Positions 39,390-52,238 of a stretch of 64,000 nucleotides of DNA are shown piece by piece. Both the position numbers and the translations under genes were made by a program. Under the pieces are notes generated by a model. That model was not told where the DNA came from. It did no database searches and worked only from the letters and a program-made list of their open reading frames with translations. This stretch comes from Octopus bimaculoides (lineage: Eukaryota): assembly GCF_001194135.2 (NCBI RefSeq), contig NC_068989.1, positions 57,324,300-57,388,299 on the forward strand, given 5' to 3'. Each line of letters starts with the position of its first letter. Position 1 is the stretch's first letter.

Positions 39390-40808
39390 ATCATCGACAT
39401 CAAGAAATCATTTGATTCCATTCCTTGCTATTCATTTATATACAAGATATCCAACACCTCCTTTACAAATGACACAACACGATGACTAGCAAACTACCTC
39501 ACGGATCACCAAGTGTATTTATAGGGTACAGAGTATTTGATATACTCTTGGGGTTTAAGAACTGCAGCTCGGGAGCCTCCGCCGAGTAGAAGGCCCCCGA
39601 GGGTTAAGTAAAATGTTATTGACCAGTATATGACTAGTATCCAAACATGCCATGAAAGTGTTCTGACATTTCGTTGATTATTGTTATTCATACGGAATAC
39701 GGCGGCGAGCCGGTAGGATCGTTAGCACACTGGACGAAATGCTTAGCGATATTTCGCCCATCGCTACGTTCTGAGTTCAAATTCCGCCGAGGTCAACTTT
39801 GCCTTTCATCCTTTCGGGGTCGATGAAATAAATACCAGTTGAACACTTGAGTCAATGTGATCGACTCATCACCTCCCCGAAACTGCTGCCCTTGTTGCAA
39901 AATTTGAAACTATTATTATTCAAACAGAATAATGTAAAAGTTGTGTTTCAATAAGGTTGCGACAATGTAACCACTTTCTCTTTCCAGTTTTAACCTATTC
40001 AGTTGTTTCTTCTAAATCATTAAACGACATTTGTACATCAGTGGGAAAATCACATTCCAAGGTTTAACAAAATTTAAACCTAACTCTGACAGTACAAAAC
40101 AGAATCTTCTGGACTTGCAAATGTTCTCTTACTTAAACCACCTACCAACTTCCTCTCTGAAGAAGTTGGTAGGAGATATTACACGGATCGGATGATATCA
40201 CACGTACATGCTACCGCTGGGATACAGCTGTGCTACTATCCAAACCACAACAATGACCTAAAGACTTCGTTCAAAATCAATAAGAATAAAGCAACGCCCA
40301 TCAAATCTGCCATCTTCATTTTAACGTCAATATCATGGAACATAACATTTGGCTATTTGATTGAACATCATTGAACATCATTTGATTGAATATCATTGAA
40401 CTATTCCATATGTGGAAGATAAAAGTATTAGGAATTACATATAGTACTTCTACAACACTCACAACACAAGAGCAATATAAGTAACAAAGCAAAACGAGAC
40501 GCAAACATACTTTGAGAACTTGTAGATACCACATTTAGTCAACACAAAAAATTAATTAGTGTTCAGGCAATGCATCAAATCCAGTGTGACATATAAAGGA
40601 CTAGTCGTTTGTTCTCAATCTCTCTACAATAACCAGTTAAGTACACACCGCAGCACATTTCTCATCAGCACACGCTATGTACAGATATCACCACTTTAGA
40701 TTACTCGGAAGACAGTCTGCAGTAGACAACAAACAGTCCCACTATGCACAATCACCTCAAACACCCAGAAGTATCAACAACAATGTAGAACACTACTACC
40801 ATACAACG

Positions 40809-40810
<2 letters not shown>
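39390..40810 (+). mobile_element. Highly decayed LINE reverse transcriptase and 3' region, interrupted by a SINE
   Basis: DIKKSFDSIPCYSFIYKISNTSF...LANYLTDHQV at about 39397-39515 resembles the RT motif D..KAFD.V...W..NYL..R.Q.V. Downstream sequence is C/A-rich. Boundaries are uncertain. Confidence 0.45.
39701..39910 (+). mobile_element. SINE family B inserted in the LINE relic
   Basis: ggcggcgagc...gagttcaaattccgccgaggtcaactttgcctttcatcctttcggggtcgat...caaaatttgaaac. Confidence 0.9.
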
Positions 40811-40846
<36 letters not shown>

Positions 40847-40853
<7 letters not shown>

Positions 40854-42119
40854 ATCCCACAAGTTCTGTCCGAATTTTGAATAAAGAAAACAAGTGATCA
40901 AATGTTATATTTAATTGAAATTTAATCATCAATGTACTTTCCATGATTATCTTCCTTTAATCTATTTACAAGCTTTTTAATCCCACCAATGTAAAACTCT
41001 TTTGGTTTCAAAGAGAAGAACTCTGAAATGTCAGTTTCGACCTCCTCCTGGCTTGCGAAAGTTATGTCCCCCAAATGATTCTGTAAACTACGAAACAAAT
41101 TGTAGTCTGAAGGAGTAAGGTCGGGAGAATAAGGTGGATGAGGAATTTTTTTCCCAGCCAAGCTCTTCGATCTTCTGTGATGTGATCTTTGCAGTGTGGG
41201 GTCGCGCATTGTCCTGATGAAACATCACTCATTTTCGATTCACTAAAGTGGGTTTTTTCTTCAAAGCTTGGTTCAAACGCTCTAATTGCTAACAGTAGAC
41301 TTGAGCATTGATTGTTGCATTAGGTAGTAACAATTCAAAGTGAATTACTCCTTTGTAATCCCACCAGATAGAGAGAACAACCTTTTTCCCATGAAGTTCC
41401 CTTCTCGGTTGCGGTTGAGCTTTTTCTCTTTTACCAAGCCACTGTTTACGACGTTCAACATTTCTATAGAAGATCCATTTTTCGTCACTTGTCACAAGTC
41501 TATCCAAAAAGGGTGAAACGAGTTCGCGAGAACAGAGAGAAGAGCAGATGTCAACTCGGTACTTGAAGTTGCTCTCGGACAATTCATGAGGCACCCATTT
41601 TCGAAGTTTAGGAACCTTTCCAAGTTGTTGAAGATGACGATGAACAGTTGTATGGTTTGAACTAAGCTTTATTGCTAATTCTTCAACTGATAATGCAGGA
41701 TTTTCTTTAAGTAATGCCTCAAGTAGCTTATCCTCAAACTCAGCTGGACGTCCTGTTCGATCTTCGTCTTCAAGGCTGAAATCTCCACTTCTGAATTTTG
41801 CAAACCATCTTCTGCAAGTTCTTTCATTCAAGCATTCTTTCAATAAACTGAATACATGTTTCGAGTCGCTTCGGCTGCAGAGTTTCCTTTTTTGTAAAGC
41901 ATTATGTACCTCAAATGCTCTTTGGATACTTCCATGCTAGAAAGGGTTTTAATCAAAGAAATTTTAATTCTATTATTCTGTAAAATAATAATTAATTAGT
42001 TTAAATGTACACAAATGCATAAAAATAATTTTTAATTCCATTAGACATTCTAAAATACTGTTAAATTTCCTTCAATTTTAAACAAGGTAAAATCGGACAG
42101 AACTTATGGGATGACCTGA
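40847..42119 (-). mobile_element. Full-length mariner DNA transposon (~1.27 kb) with TIRs and TA target site, inactive
   Basis: Left end taaagtcatcccacaagttctgtccga matches the reverse complement of the right end (tcaggtcatcccataagttctgtccga). TA lies on both sides. The interior encodes a mariner transposase. Confidence 0.95.
40922..41935 (-). pseudogene. Disrupted mariner D,D34D transposase
   Basis: Translation gives MEVSKEHLRYIMLY..., RWFAKFRSGDFSLEDEDRTGRP, WVPHELS, VTSDEKW, HQDNARPH and YSPDLTPSDY. There is an in-frame stop near 41845 and frameshifts, including an extra A in the poly-A near 41150. With that frameshift repaired, 34 residues separate the last two Asp. Confidence 0.93.
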
Positions 42120-42894
42120 TATAGATAGATAGATAGATAGATAGATATCCACGGTGTAAGTATAGAAAACAATTGTCGGGGGTCAAAAAGAAAAATGTCA
42201 GACATCATAGTCATATAAAGAACTTTTCTAAAAGTATTTATCAGCGTCAGCAATCTGTTAAAACAGGCGACACCGGTAGCCATGCTCTGAGGTATTTACC
42301 ATATATGGACACACAAACGCGCGCACACACACAGAAACACATACAGACACTTACTCACTCACGCACGCACACACATTCACACACTCATTCAGTCACACAC
42401 ACTTCACCACTATCACTACCACACGAATTAATCTTTTCGTGTTTTAAATGTTGTTCATCAAATAAGATCAAAAATCGATAAACATTACTTTAAATGGATT
42501 TTTAGAACAGATTATGTTTCCAAGAAGAGAAAAAACAACACATTATTACTCTTGTTTTCCGACAAAATAAATAGAATGTAAAGATATTTTCTTCCGTTAA
42601 TGATACTTGAAGCAGTTTATCCAAATCTAAACTGACCTAGAATAAATACATTTCTATTTTACTGTAGCGCTTTGCTTTTTTCCTTCCATTTCCCTTCCAG
42701 ATTTACTGCCTCCAGTCTTATGTAATGGCTTTCATGTTACAGTATTTGTACTTCTCAAATTGTGAATATACTGGTCAATAAATATATGTTGGAACGTATT
42801 TACTTAAATTTATATAATGCTAATGAGCATATATTTTCAATCGATAAATCTTCAAACATAACTTTACGCATAATCACATGAAGAGCGTATAGAT

Positions 42895-43035
42895 GCAGGC
42901 GCTAGCTTAACCGTGTCGTTAAGGAGTTCTCCTCACAACCATCCGATTCCGCTAAATGACCAGTTGAGTAAATGTCTTCTACTATAACTTCAGTCTATCT
43001 TATGTCTTTTCGGTGAATTTGGTTGGGGAAAGCTT
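42895..43035 (+). mobile_element. SINE family A head, very diverged
   Basis: gcaggcgctagc...cacaaccat...gagtaaatgtcttctactata. Confidence 0.5.
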
Positions 43036-43249
43036 CGCAGAAACTCATCTTCAGTGTGTGTGTATATATNNNNNNNNNNNNNNNNNNNNNNNNNNNNNNN
43101 NNNNNNNNNNNNNNNNNNNNNNNNNNNNNNNNNNNNNNNNNNNNNNNNNNNNNNNNNNNNNNNNNNNNNNNNNNNNNNNNNNNNNNNNNNNNNNNNNNNN
43201 NNNNNNNTATATATATATACATGTGGAAATGTAAGAGTAAGCAAGTTAG

Positions 43250-43626
43250 GTGCAGATATAGCTTTGGGGTTAAGAAACTCGCTTTGTAACTGTGTGGATT
43301 CGGGTTCAGTCCCACTGAGCGCACCTTGGGCGAATATCCTCTACTAGAGCTTCAAGCCGACTAGCGCCTCGTGAATGAATCTGGCAAAGGGAATCTGTGT
43401 GTAAGACCGTCTTATGTTGTGTATATGTGAGTGTGTGTTTGTGCCTGTCGCCATCACCGCTCCATAACTGTTGCTGTTTTGTTTACGTCCCCATAAACTA
43501 TCGATTCAGCAAAAGAGTTTGATAGAATACGTACCAGACGATTTATTCGACTAAACTCTTCAAGGCGGTGCCCCAGCATGACCGTAGTCAAACGAATGAA
43601 ACAAAAGGTAAACGATAAAAGATAAA
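43250..43626 (+). mobile_element. SINE family A, diverged full composite copy
   Basis: Head ggttcagtcccactgagcgcaccttgggcgaat, short GT seed and tail ccccagcatgaccgtagtc. Confidence 0.8.
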
Positions 43627-44170
43627 CATGAAATATTTGATTTTATTTATTCACATTAAAAACTATTAAAACAAATGTTTATTCTCATCAAATGATTTAT
43701 TAACAAGTATGATTTTAAATCTGAACTGTTTATGTAGAAAGAATCTGCAAATATTTATTATCCTCAATTATTATTCATGATTCAACATTAGGGTAGCGGT
43801 TGGAGGAGAATCTTTCAATTGAAACAGTAGCAACACCAAACATGACGTTCATCTTACTCCACTCTGAGAAGTCTCGGAACAACATGATCGGGTACATAAA
43901 TTAAAGAATATTTATGTTGACTCGAGAACATAATTCCCTTTGATAAAATAAATATGTTGCCTTTCAAGTCACTGCAAGGCACCAAGGTATCAAGTATCGA
44001 TTTCTTAACGGAAAAAAATGCTTATATTTTTCTAGACTAAGCACAGTTATATTTCAAAATGATGCATAACACAACAGCAAGCTGATCGAAGAGATTTTTT
44101 GAGAATATTAAGGTTTGCCATAAATGACAAAATGTACAGATACAATAACTTCTTGGCATTCACTTAGTAA

Positions 44171-44717
44171 TTTTATTGTGAATTTTACTCATATATCATA
44201 TAACATGATATCTGAAGAGCTTCTTTTATTATCCCTTTTTCTTACTAGTTACAACTAGTCAAAACTTCTGTTTCTCATTGTAGTAAGCTGTATAACTATA
44301 CTCTATAACTATGCTGTATATCATACATTTAACAATTTTTAATTACATATAGATACATCATTCCGACTTCTAATAAATGTACACATTGCTTAGATGAGGT
44401 AGATTTTGCAACGCTTACAGCGTCAGATTAAACATTTGTACACACGTTCGTACAAACACACACACACACACACATACACACACACATACACACACACATA
44501 CACACACACACATACACACACACACATACACACACACATACACACATACACACACACACACACATACGTGTGATATACAGCATGGTTATAGAGTATACTT
44601 ATACAACTTACTATGAGAAACAGTTTTGACTAGTTGCCACTTGTAAGAAAAAGGCCTAATTAAAGAAACTCTTCAGGTACCATGTTATATGATATCTGAA
44701 TAGAATTCACAATAAAA
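44171..44717. repeat. ~150-bp inverted repeat pair with ~247-bp spacer
   Basis: 44171-44323 aligns to the reverse complement of 44571-44717 at roughly 85% identity by eye. Confidence 0.85.
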
Positions 44718-44728
44718 CATACACGTGT

Positions 44729-44785
<57 letters not shown>

Positions 44786-45434
44786 NNNNNNNNNNNNNNN
44801 NNNNNNNNNNNNNNNNNNNNNNNNNNNNNNNNNNNNNNNNNNNNNNNNNNNNNNNNNNNNNNNNNNNNNNNNNNNNNNNNNNNNNNNNNNNNNNNNNNNN
44901 NNNNNNNNNNNNNNNNNNNNNNNNNNNNNNNNNNNNNNNNNNNNNNNNNNNNNNNNNNNNNNNNNNNNNNNNNNNNNNNNNNNNNNNNNNNNNNNNNNNN
45001 NNNNNNNNNNNNNNNNNNNNNNNNNNNNNNNNNNNNNNNNNNNNNNNNNNNNNNNNNNNNNNNNNNNNNNNNNNNNNNNNNNNNNNNNNNNNNNNNNNNN
45101 NNNNNNNNNNNNNNNNNNNNNNNNNNNNNNNNNNNNNNNNNNNNNNNNNNNNNNNNNNNNNNNNNNNNNNNNNNNNNNNNNNNNNNNNNNNNNNNNNNNN
45201 NNNNNNNNNNNNNNNNNNNNNNNNNNNNNNNNNNNNNNNNNNNNNNNNNNNNNNNNNNNNNNNNNNNNNNNNNNNNNNNNNNNNNNNNNNNNNNNNNNNN
45301 NNNNNNNNNNNNNNNNNNNNNNNNNNNNNNNNNNNNNNNNNNNNNNNNNNNNNNNNNNNNNNNNNNNNNNNNNNNNNNNNNNNNNNNNNNNNNNNNNNNN
45401 NNNNNNNNNNNNNNNNNNNNNNNNNNNNNNNNNT

Positions 45435-45467
<33 letters not shown>

Positions 45468-45541
45468 CATACATACATACATACATACATACATCTAAGG
45501 TACAAGAGGTGGTCAGACACTGCATAAGGAGTAGACAACCA

Positions 45542-45575
<34 letters not shown>

Positions 45576-45589
45576 CAAACTGTCATTCA

Positions 45590-46135
45590 GTCATATACAC
45601 CGCCAGGATGTCCCGTCATATTTCTCACATTCTTTCGTTCTAATGTTCAAACTACTTACTTTTACTTGTAGCATAAACGCTACTACAAAATTAATATCAC
45701 ACTTGAACACCAATGAACTGCTTATTAAATAAAACACATGCTTATCCGCAGATAATAACGTCTTTCACACCTCCTTATCCTCTGACATTTGGGTCTCTTT
45801 ACCTTAAACGCCTCATGCCAGATAAATTATTTTTATGAACAAATCTTAACAATATGCATTCTAGTGTTTTTCAATAACACAGAGCCAATCACCATACGTA
45901 CCAAGAAAGCATTTTGCCTTACATCATTCCTACCCATAAAAACAGACGACAAAAACCACTGAAAGTCGATATAAATATTATTTCCCCTAACCATTACATA
46001 GCTGAATCTGTACCACAAGGACTTCTAATGACCAAATACATCAGCTCTTATCTTTTGCTGATCCTCTACAAAGCCGGTGTAAGACATGCATTAGGCTATT
46101 GTTCAAATACTTCTAACGGTGCTGCTATTACATTC

Positions 46136-46179
<44 letters not shown>

Positions 46180-46189
46180 NNNNNNNNNN

Positions 46190-46237
<48 letters not shown>

Positions 46238-46560
46238 CTACCGAAGGTTATCCTGCCGACTGTCATAGACCTACCAGCATACTTCAGTCACCAGTTAGCG
46301 TTGCATTGTCTATCTGCCTTTCATACCATATTAGATAAAACATCCCCTCTGCAGCTCTAAATTCGCAGACTACATTCCACTTCTGCTCCAGCCGACGCTA
46401 TTTACCCATCTGCATCTTATTCTCCATATACCGAGCACGTTTCTCTAGAATTCGTTCCCATACTGATATTCATTGGACTTTCATTTAAAGCAAGGTTTAT
46501 TCTCTTGCCAACATAAACCTGCATATGTTAAAACTGAACATCCGCCCCCCCATGGATGAC
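45590..46560 (+). mobile_element. Possible very old LINE relic
   Basis: C-rich unique sequence with SVPQG (near 46007), similar to the RT GVPQG motif. Split by (CA)n and a gap. Support is weak. Confidence 0.25.
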
Positions 46561-48026
46561 AGTAATGCACAAAAGCTAGTAAAAGTTATTTTCTCTGTTT
46601 ACCCTTCTCTGAATAATTATTATAAAATAATGGATTTCATGTAGAGGATTTGCCCTGAAATTGCCTGCTAAAGAGCTATTTGTTAATCATAGAAAGGATA
46701 GTAGTATCCATACAGCAAGGAACGTAGCTTCATGACATGTATTTGCATGTAAATGAATTCATTCAGTAATATATAAATATTTTAATCTTGGACTCAGTAC
46801 AACACCAGGAGCGGAACATGTCACTTCAATATTTTGGTTTGTAGGCTAATTTAATACCTACCAAGAACAACTGCTACTCCAAAATCAGATATACAACTTG
46901 TACCGATAACAATTTTACTTTTCAACAATACATTGTAAACGATAACAATTCAAACTTTTCAACAAACGATATTAAAACCAGCAATACACTACGAAAACTT
47001 GATTTCTCTACTTTATGAATCTATATATTTGTTAACTCAGATGAGTTTTTAGTTTTTCTTTCTAAATTTTTTTTCTCCTCGTAAAAGAGTAAATTCTGTA
47101 ACCTATCTCCACAACATGTGGTAAAATATTGGATGAAGCCAAACAGAAATAATATATTCACTGTCTCTAAAGCAACTTCTTTCTGACAGCGAGTAACGGC
47201 AATTATCTCGACATTTCTAAATTATCATTTCTCATTGAAACCTTACTAGATCAATTTATCTTCAGTGTTCATTGACATATTGGTTATATTTCCTCCATTA
47301 CTCTATTACATGTGTGTATATGTGTCATCACTTCATTATTTCTTGCAGTATAACAACAGCTGAAAGATAGTCAGCTATGTATATCATCTGATTACTTTCT
47401 AAACATGGTTCTATATAACATTTATACAAGACTCCTATATACATTTCGATGTATGTGAGCGCGCACGTGTATGTATACATCCGTATGTGTATATGTGTGT
47501 ATGTGTTTCTTTACTTTCCACGTAGAGAAGTTATGCTTATATCAGAGATCCAGTCTCCATGTGAATCTGAGCTGCATCATCACAAAATAATGACATTTAA
47601 ACACTGCGACACATCTACATTGGTTTTCTATTCAGCATTGAAATGCTACTGTAGTGCGAGAATTGAGGTATTTAAATTATAATAGAAATATGTATTATAA
47701 ACATATATCTATACGTACTTCATAAACCTACGTGAAGATATATATGTCTGTGTTTCAGTTTGTAAAAATATATATATGAAATAATAGCACGAAATGCGAA
47801 TTCATAACCTTATACAGCTATCACAGTAAGCCTACATTTGGAATCAAACTGTTGTAATCAAACAGCGGTAAGCATATGGAAAAATAAATCTTCACTTCTC
47901 GCACATGACTTTATGCTTTATACATGTATACATACATACGTACATATATACATACATACATACATACATGCATACATACATACATACATATATATATGTA
48001 TATATGTGTGTGTGTGTGTGTGTGTA

Positions 48027-48068
<42 letters not shown>

Positions 48069-48789
48069 TAAATTATAGGGTAGCAAAAACAAATTTAGAA
48101 ATTTTATTTACCACCAGTGGTCTAGCGAGAATAAAAATCAGTCAATAGACTATATATTATTCATTTAAAATACAGAAATGCCTATAATAGGACATCTGAC
48201 CCGCTAGAAAGAGCAGCAAAAGACTTCATACCACAAAAATAGGGATAATTTCGAAAGGGANNNNNNNNNNNNNNNNNNNNNNNNNNNNNNNNNNNNNNNN
48301 NNNNNNNNNNNNNNNNNNNNNNNNNNNNNNNNNNNNNNNNNNNNNNNNNNNNNNNNNNNNNNNNNNNNNNNNNNNNNNNNNNNNNNNNNNNNNNNNNNNN
48401 NNNNNNNNNNNNNNNNNNNNNNNNNNNNNNNNNNNNNNNNNNNNNNNNNNNNNNNNNNNNNNNNNNNNNNNNNNNNNNNNNNNNNNNNNNNNNNNNNNNN
48501 NNNNNNNNNNNNNNNNNNNNNNNNNNNNNNNNNNNNNNNNNNNNNNNNNNNNNNNNNNNNNNNNNNNNNNNNNNNNNNNNNNNNNNNNNNNNNNNNNNNN
48601 NNNNNNNNNNNNNNNNNNNNNNNNNNNNNNNNNNNNNNNNNNNNNNNNNNNNNNNNNNNNNNNNNNNNNNNNNNNNNNNNNNNNNNNNNNNNNNNNNNNN
48701 NNNNNNNNNNNNNNNNNNNNNNNNNNNNNNNNNNNNNNNNNNNNNNNNNNNNNNNNNNNNNNNNNNNNNNNNNNNNNNNNNNNNNNNNN

Positions 48790-48857
<68 letters not shown>

Positions 48858-49379
48858 TGTGTGTATCTGAGTGTGAGCATGTGTCTGTATGTGTGTGCAT
48901 ATAAGTGTGTTTTTGAAACGAAGTGTGCATTAGCCTGCCGAGTGTTAGATTCTGAGCCGTTGCGAATGCAACTAACTCAGATGATGGAGAGAAGCCTGAT
49001 GTATATTGTTCTTTGCTCTCGGCATTTTCAGGAAGTGTGAATGATTCTTCAAAAGCCTTCTCCTCTGAAAACAAATAAACAGTTGTTGTTGTTGGGTAAG
49101 CTAAGATTTGGCAGTGATACGTTGTTGTGTTTGTGTTTATGTGTGTGTGCATGCGTGTGTATGCGTATGTATGTATTTTGAGAGTGATTTTGCTGCTATT
49201 CCTACACCTCGATTGACTGATTTACTTTCAGGTGTCCTTTACACCAAGCGTATGGAGAATATACTCTTTTACGCCTAAAAACCGCAGCCGACCCACGAAC
49301 TAACAACACACGCATACCTTGTGTATGTTTATTCGATTATGTTTAGATACTTCGGACTGCTTCTAATTCATAATTCTTG

Positions 49380-49413
<34 letters not shown>

Positions 49414-49799
49414 NNNNNNNNNNNNNNNNNNNNNNNNNNNNNNNNNNNNNNNNNNNNNNNNNNNNNNNNNNNNNNNNNNNNNNNNNNNNNNNNNNNNNNN
49501 NNNNNNNNNNNNNNNNNNNNNNNNNNNNNNNNNNNNNNNNNNNNNNNNNNNNNNNNNNNNNNNNNNNNNNNNNNNNNNNNNNNNNNNNNNNNNNNNNNNN
49601 NNNNNNNNNNNNNNNNNNNNNNNNNNNNNNNNNNNNNNNNNNNNNNNNNNNNNNNNNNNNNNNNNNNNNNNNNNNNNNNNNNNNNNNNNNNNNNNNNNNN
49701 NNNNNNNNNNNNNNNNNNNNNNNNNNNNNNNNNNNNNNNNNNNNNNNNNNNNNNNNNNNNNNNNNNNNNNNNNNNNNNNNNNNNNNNNNNNNNNNNNNN

Positions 49800-49889
<90 letters not shown>

Positions 49890-49973
49890 TAAGAGATAGA
49901 TAGATACATACAGACATACATACAGACATACATACATACATACATGCATACATACATACATACATACATATAT

Positions 49974-50116
49974 GACGGATTTCTACGCAGTTTCACTCAC
50001 AAGTCATTTGTTGGCCCGGGGCTCAATAGAAGTCATTTGCTCAAGCAGCGATACAGCAGGATTGAACGTAAAGGCATCTACTTAAACGGCGAGCTTCTTT
50101 AACTGTTAACCATGCC
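49974..50116 (-). mobile_element. SINE family A head, diverged
   Basis: cactcacaag...ttggcccggggct...tagaagtcatttgctcaag...ccatgcc. Confidence 0.6.
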
Positions 50117-50477
50117 AGTACCTATAGGAGAAAATGCTAACAGTAGTAATTAAATTGTTCGCACTTAATTAATTTAAATGTTGATATGGCATTCTAGTGA
50201 ATATAATTTATATATTAATATATTTATGTATACAGAAATATAATTAGTTTCATATATTATTTGTGAAACTCCTCGGGTTATATCGATTCCCTCCTTCATT
50301 ATCTTTGGTAACAAAGGTGCCGTATTTCTCCAAAACAACTCCTTTTCATTTTACAATACAAAAGGTCAACATTAGCGTCGTTGATTATAGTCAACCAGCG
50401 ATTCACTCACTGAATTTCTGCATTTCTGAGGCTGATAGTGCCAAACGGGTTTTTGAATAACTTGATGCTAAACAAAT

Positions 50478-50538
<61 letters not shown>

Positions 50539-50732
50539 GCATGCACTCACACACATGCACTCACACACACACACATATACACGCGCACACATATCAATAT
50601 ATACATGTATGTACGTATGTGTGTTTGCGTGTGCGTGTGCATATGCGTGTGTTTGTGTGTTTATGTGTATGTGTGCTTGTGTGTATGTGTGTGCGTGTGT
50701 TTGTGTGCGTGTGTGTATGTGTGTATGCAGAC

Positions 50733-50794
<62 letters not shown>

Positions 50795-50925
50795 GCTTCC
50801 ATGCAGTCTCCGGCGAAAATCAGTAGTGTAGCCAAGGCTATGGGAGAAGATGCTTTCTAAAAATGTCACACAGTGAGATCGAACTCAAGATCAAGTAGTT
50901 TGCGAAACTGACGTCTTAACCACAC
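50795..50925 (-). mobile_element. SINE family A head, diverged
   Basis: ccaaggctatgggagaagatgc...cacagtgagatcgaactc...cttaaccacaca. Confidence 0.55.
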
Positions 50926-52238
50926 AAGTGTTTATAGTTAGCTGTGCGATTACGGCTGTCTCTACAATTGTAGGCTTCCATATCTACACAGTAAAGATAT
51001 CCGGTGCCCATTTGAAGTTAATTTCTGAGACACATCGAGAGGTCACCAAGATGAGTACAGAAACATATAAAGATCACAATGTTCTGTATGCAATTAAAGT
51101 CATTGGAGTTCTATTAAGAACTTAAGGCTTCTTTCTGGGGTGAGCATGAAAACCAGTCTGGTATTGCTTAATGCAGATTACAATACGCCAATCAAGTCGT
51201 CAGCATCAGGTCCTTTTAGTTCTGTTCTACAGAAAGCTATTTCCTTTATTGAGACTTGCCTCCACATGTAGCTTCATGCATAGTGAAGAGGTCTTTAACT
51301 TTTCTTATAAATAGTTAAGACGTCTCAATTTATAGTTTGTATTTTTTTTGTATTGACATGAGATCACGGACATGTAGAAGTGGTATATAGTCCAATCGCA
51401 TTGCATGACTAATATGCATGTGTATTGGATGACTAATTCATACATATGAATTAGTCATGTGATAGATGTGATATATATGATTGCTTCTGTCCAGTTCTGA
51501 ACTGAGTACGTAGAAACAACTAAATATTGGAAGAAATTTATCTAGAGTTTTATTAGTGTTTTATTTTACCATTTCAGTGACAAATCAGTCTTAATTAAAC
51601 ACTGCCTGGTGTTACAGCTTAGCCAGAATCTTGATTGCTTGAACAAAATCCTTAAACAGAAAATTGTATAAAAGTCACTGGAAGATAAATAGTGTCAAAC
51701 AAAAAGACTTTAATAGTGTTGAACTAACTCTTAAGATGCCGTATTGACAAATCAACATTATGCTATAGTGGCAAGCTTACAGATTACCAAAACAACACGG
51801 TGAATAATCCAGGGATACAGGCTGAACTTGGGCAGCAGTTAACAGATCAGGTTTCTCTATGGAGTAACACGGTCAATGTTTTTCTTTTATCTTTTTTTTC
51901 TAATTTCAATTGCCTGCTACCTTAATATACTTTTTCAAGGTAAGAATACAATTGAATGTTCCAATAAATTGTCAACAAAGTAAATTAAGGTCAAACTACA
52001 GTCAATCCTGAACAGACAGACAGACAGATGCTCGAGAGAGTGGAGAAAAGAACTGAAGTACCATTCAGCACAGTTGAAGTTGCATTTATTAATTCATTTT
52101 TTTTTTAATGTACGTCCATTTTTCCAGACATTTGGAAGCAAACGCTTCCAAATGTCTGAAGAAACTGACGTGCTTTCACGTCCAAGGGATATTAAATAAT
52201 ATGAGGTTCTAAGCAAACTTATGCAATATATGTACATA

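Noticed and set aside
46860-46945. Minus-strand peptide VYNVLLKSKIVIGTSCISDFGVAVVL resembling a kinase DFG segment with a gtaggt donor
   Set aside because: There is an in-frame stop just upstream, no HRD motif and no good acceptor, and the stretch derives from a ~36-bp tandem repeat.
52127-52198. Plus-strand TFGSKRFQMSEETDVLSRPRDIK* after a strong acceptor
   Set aside because: It overlaps the perfect hairpin, has no partner exon and is not a recognisable protein.
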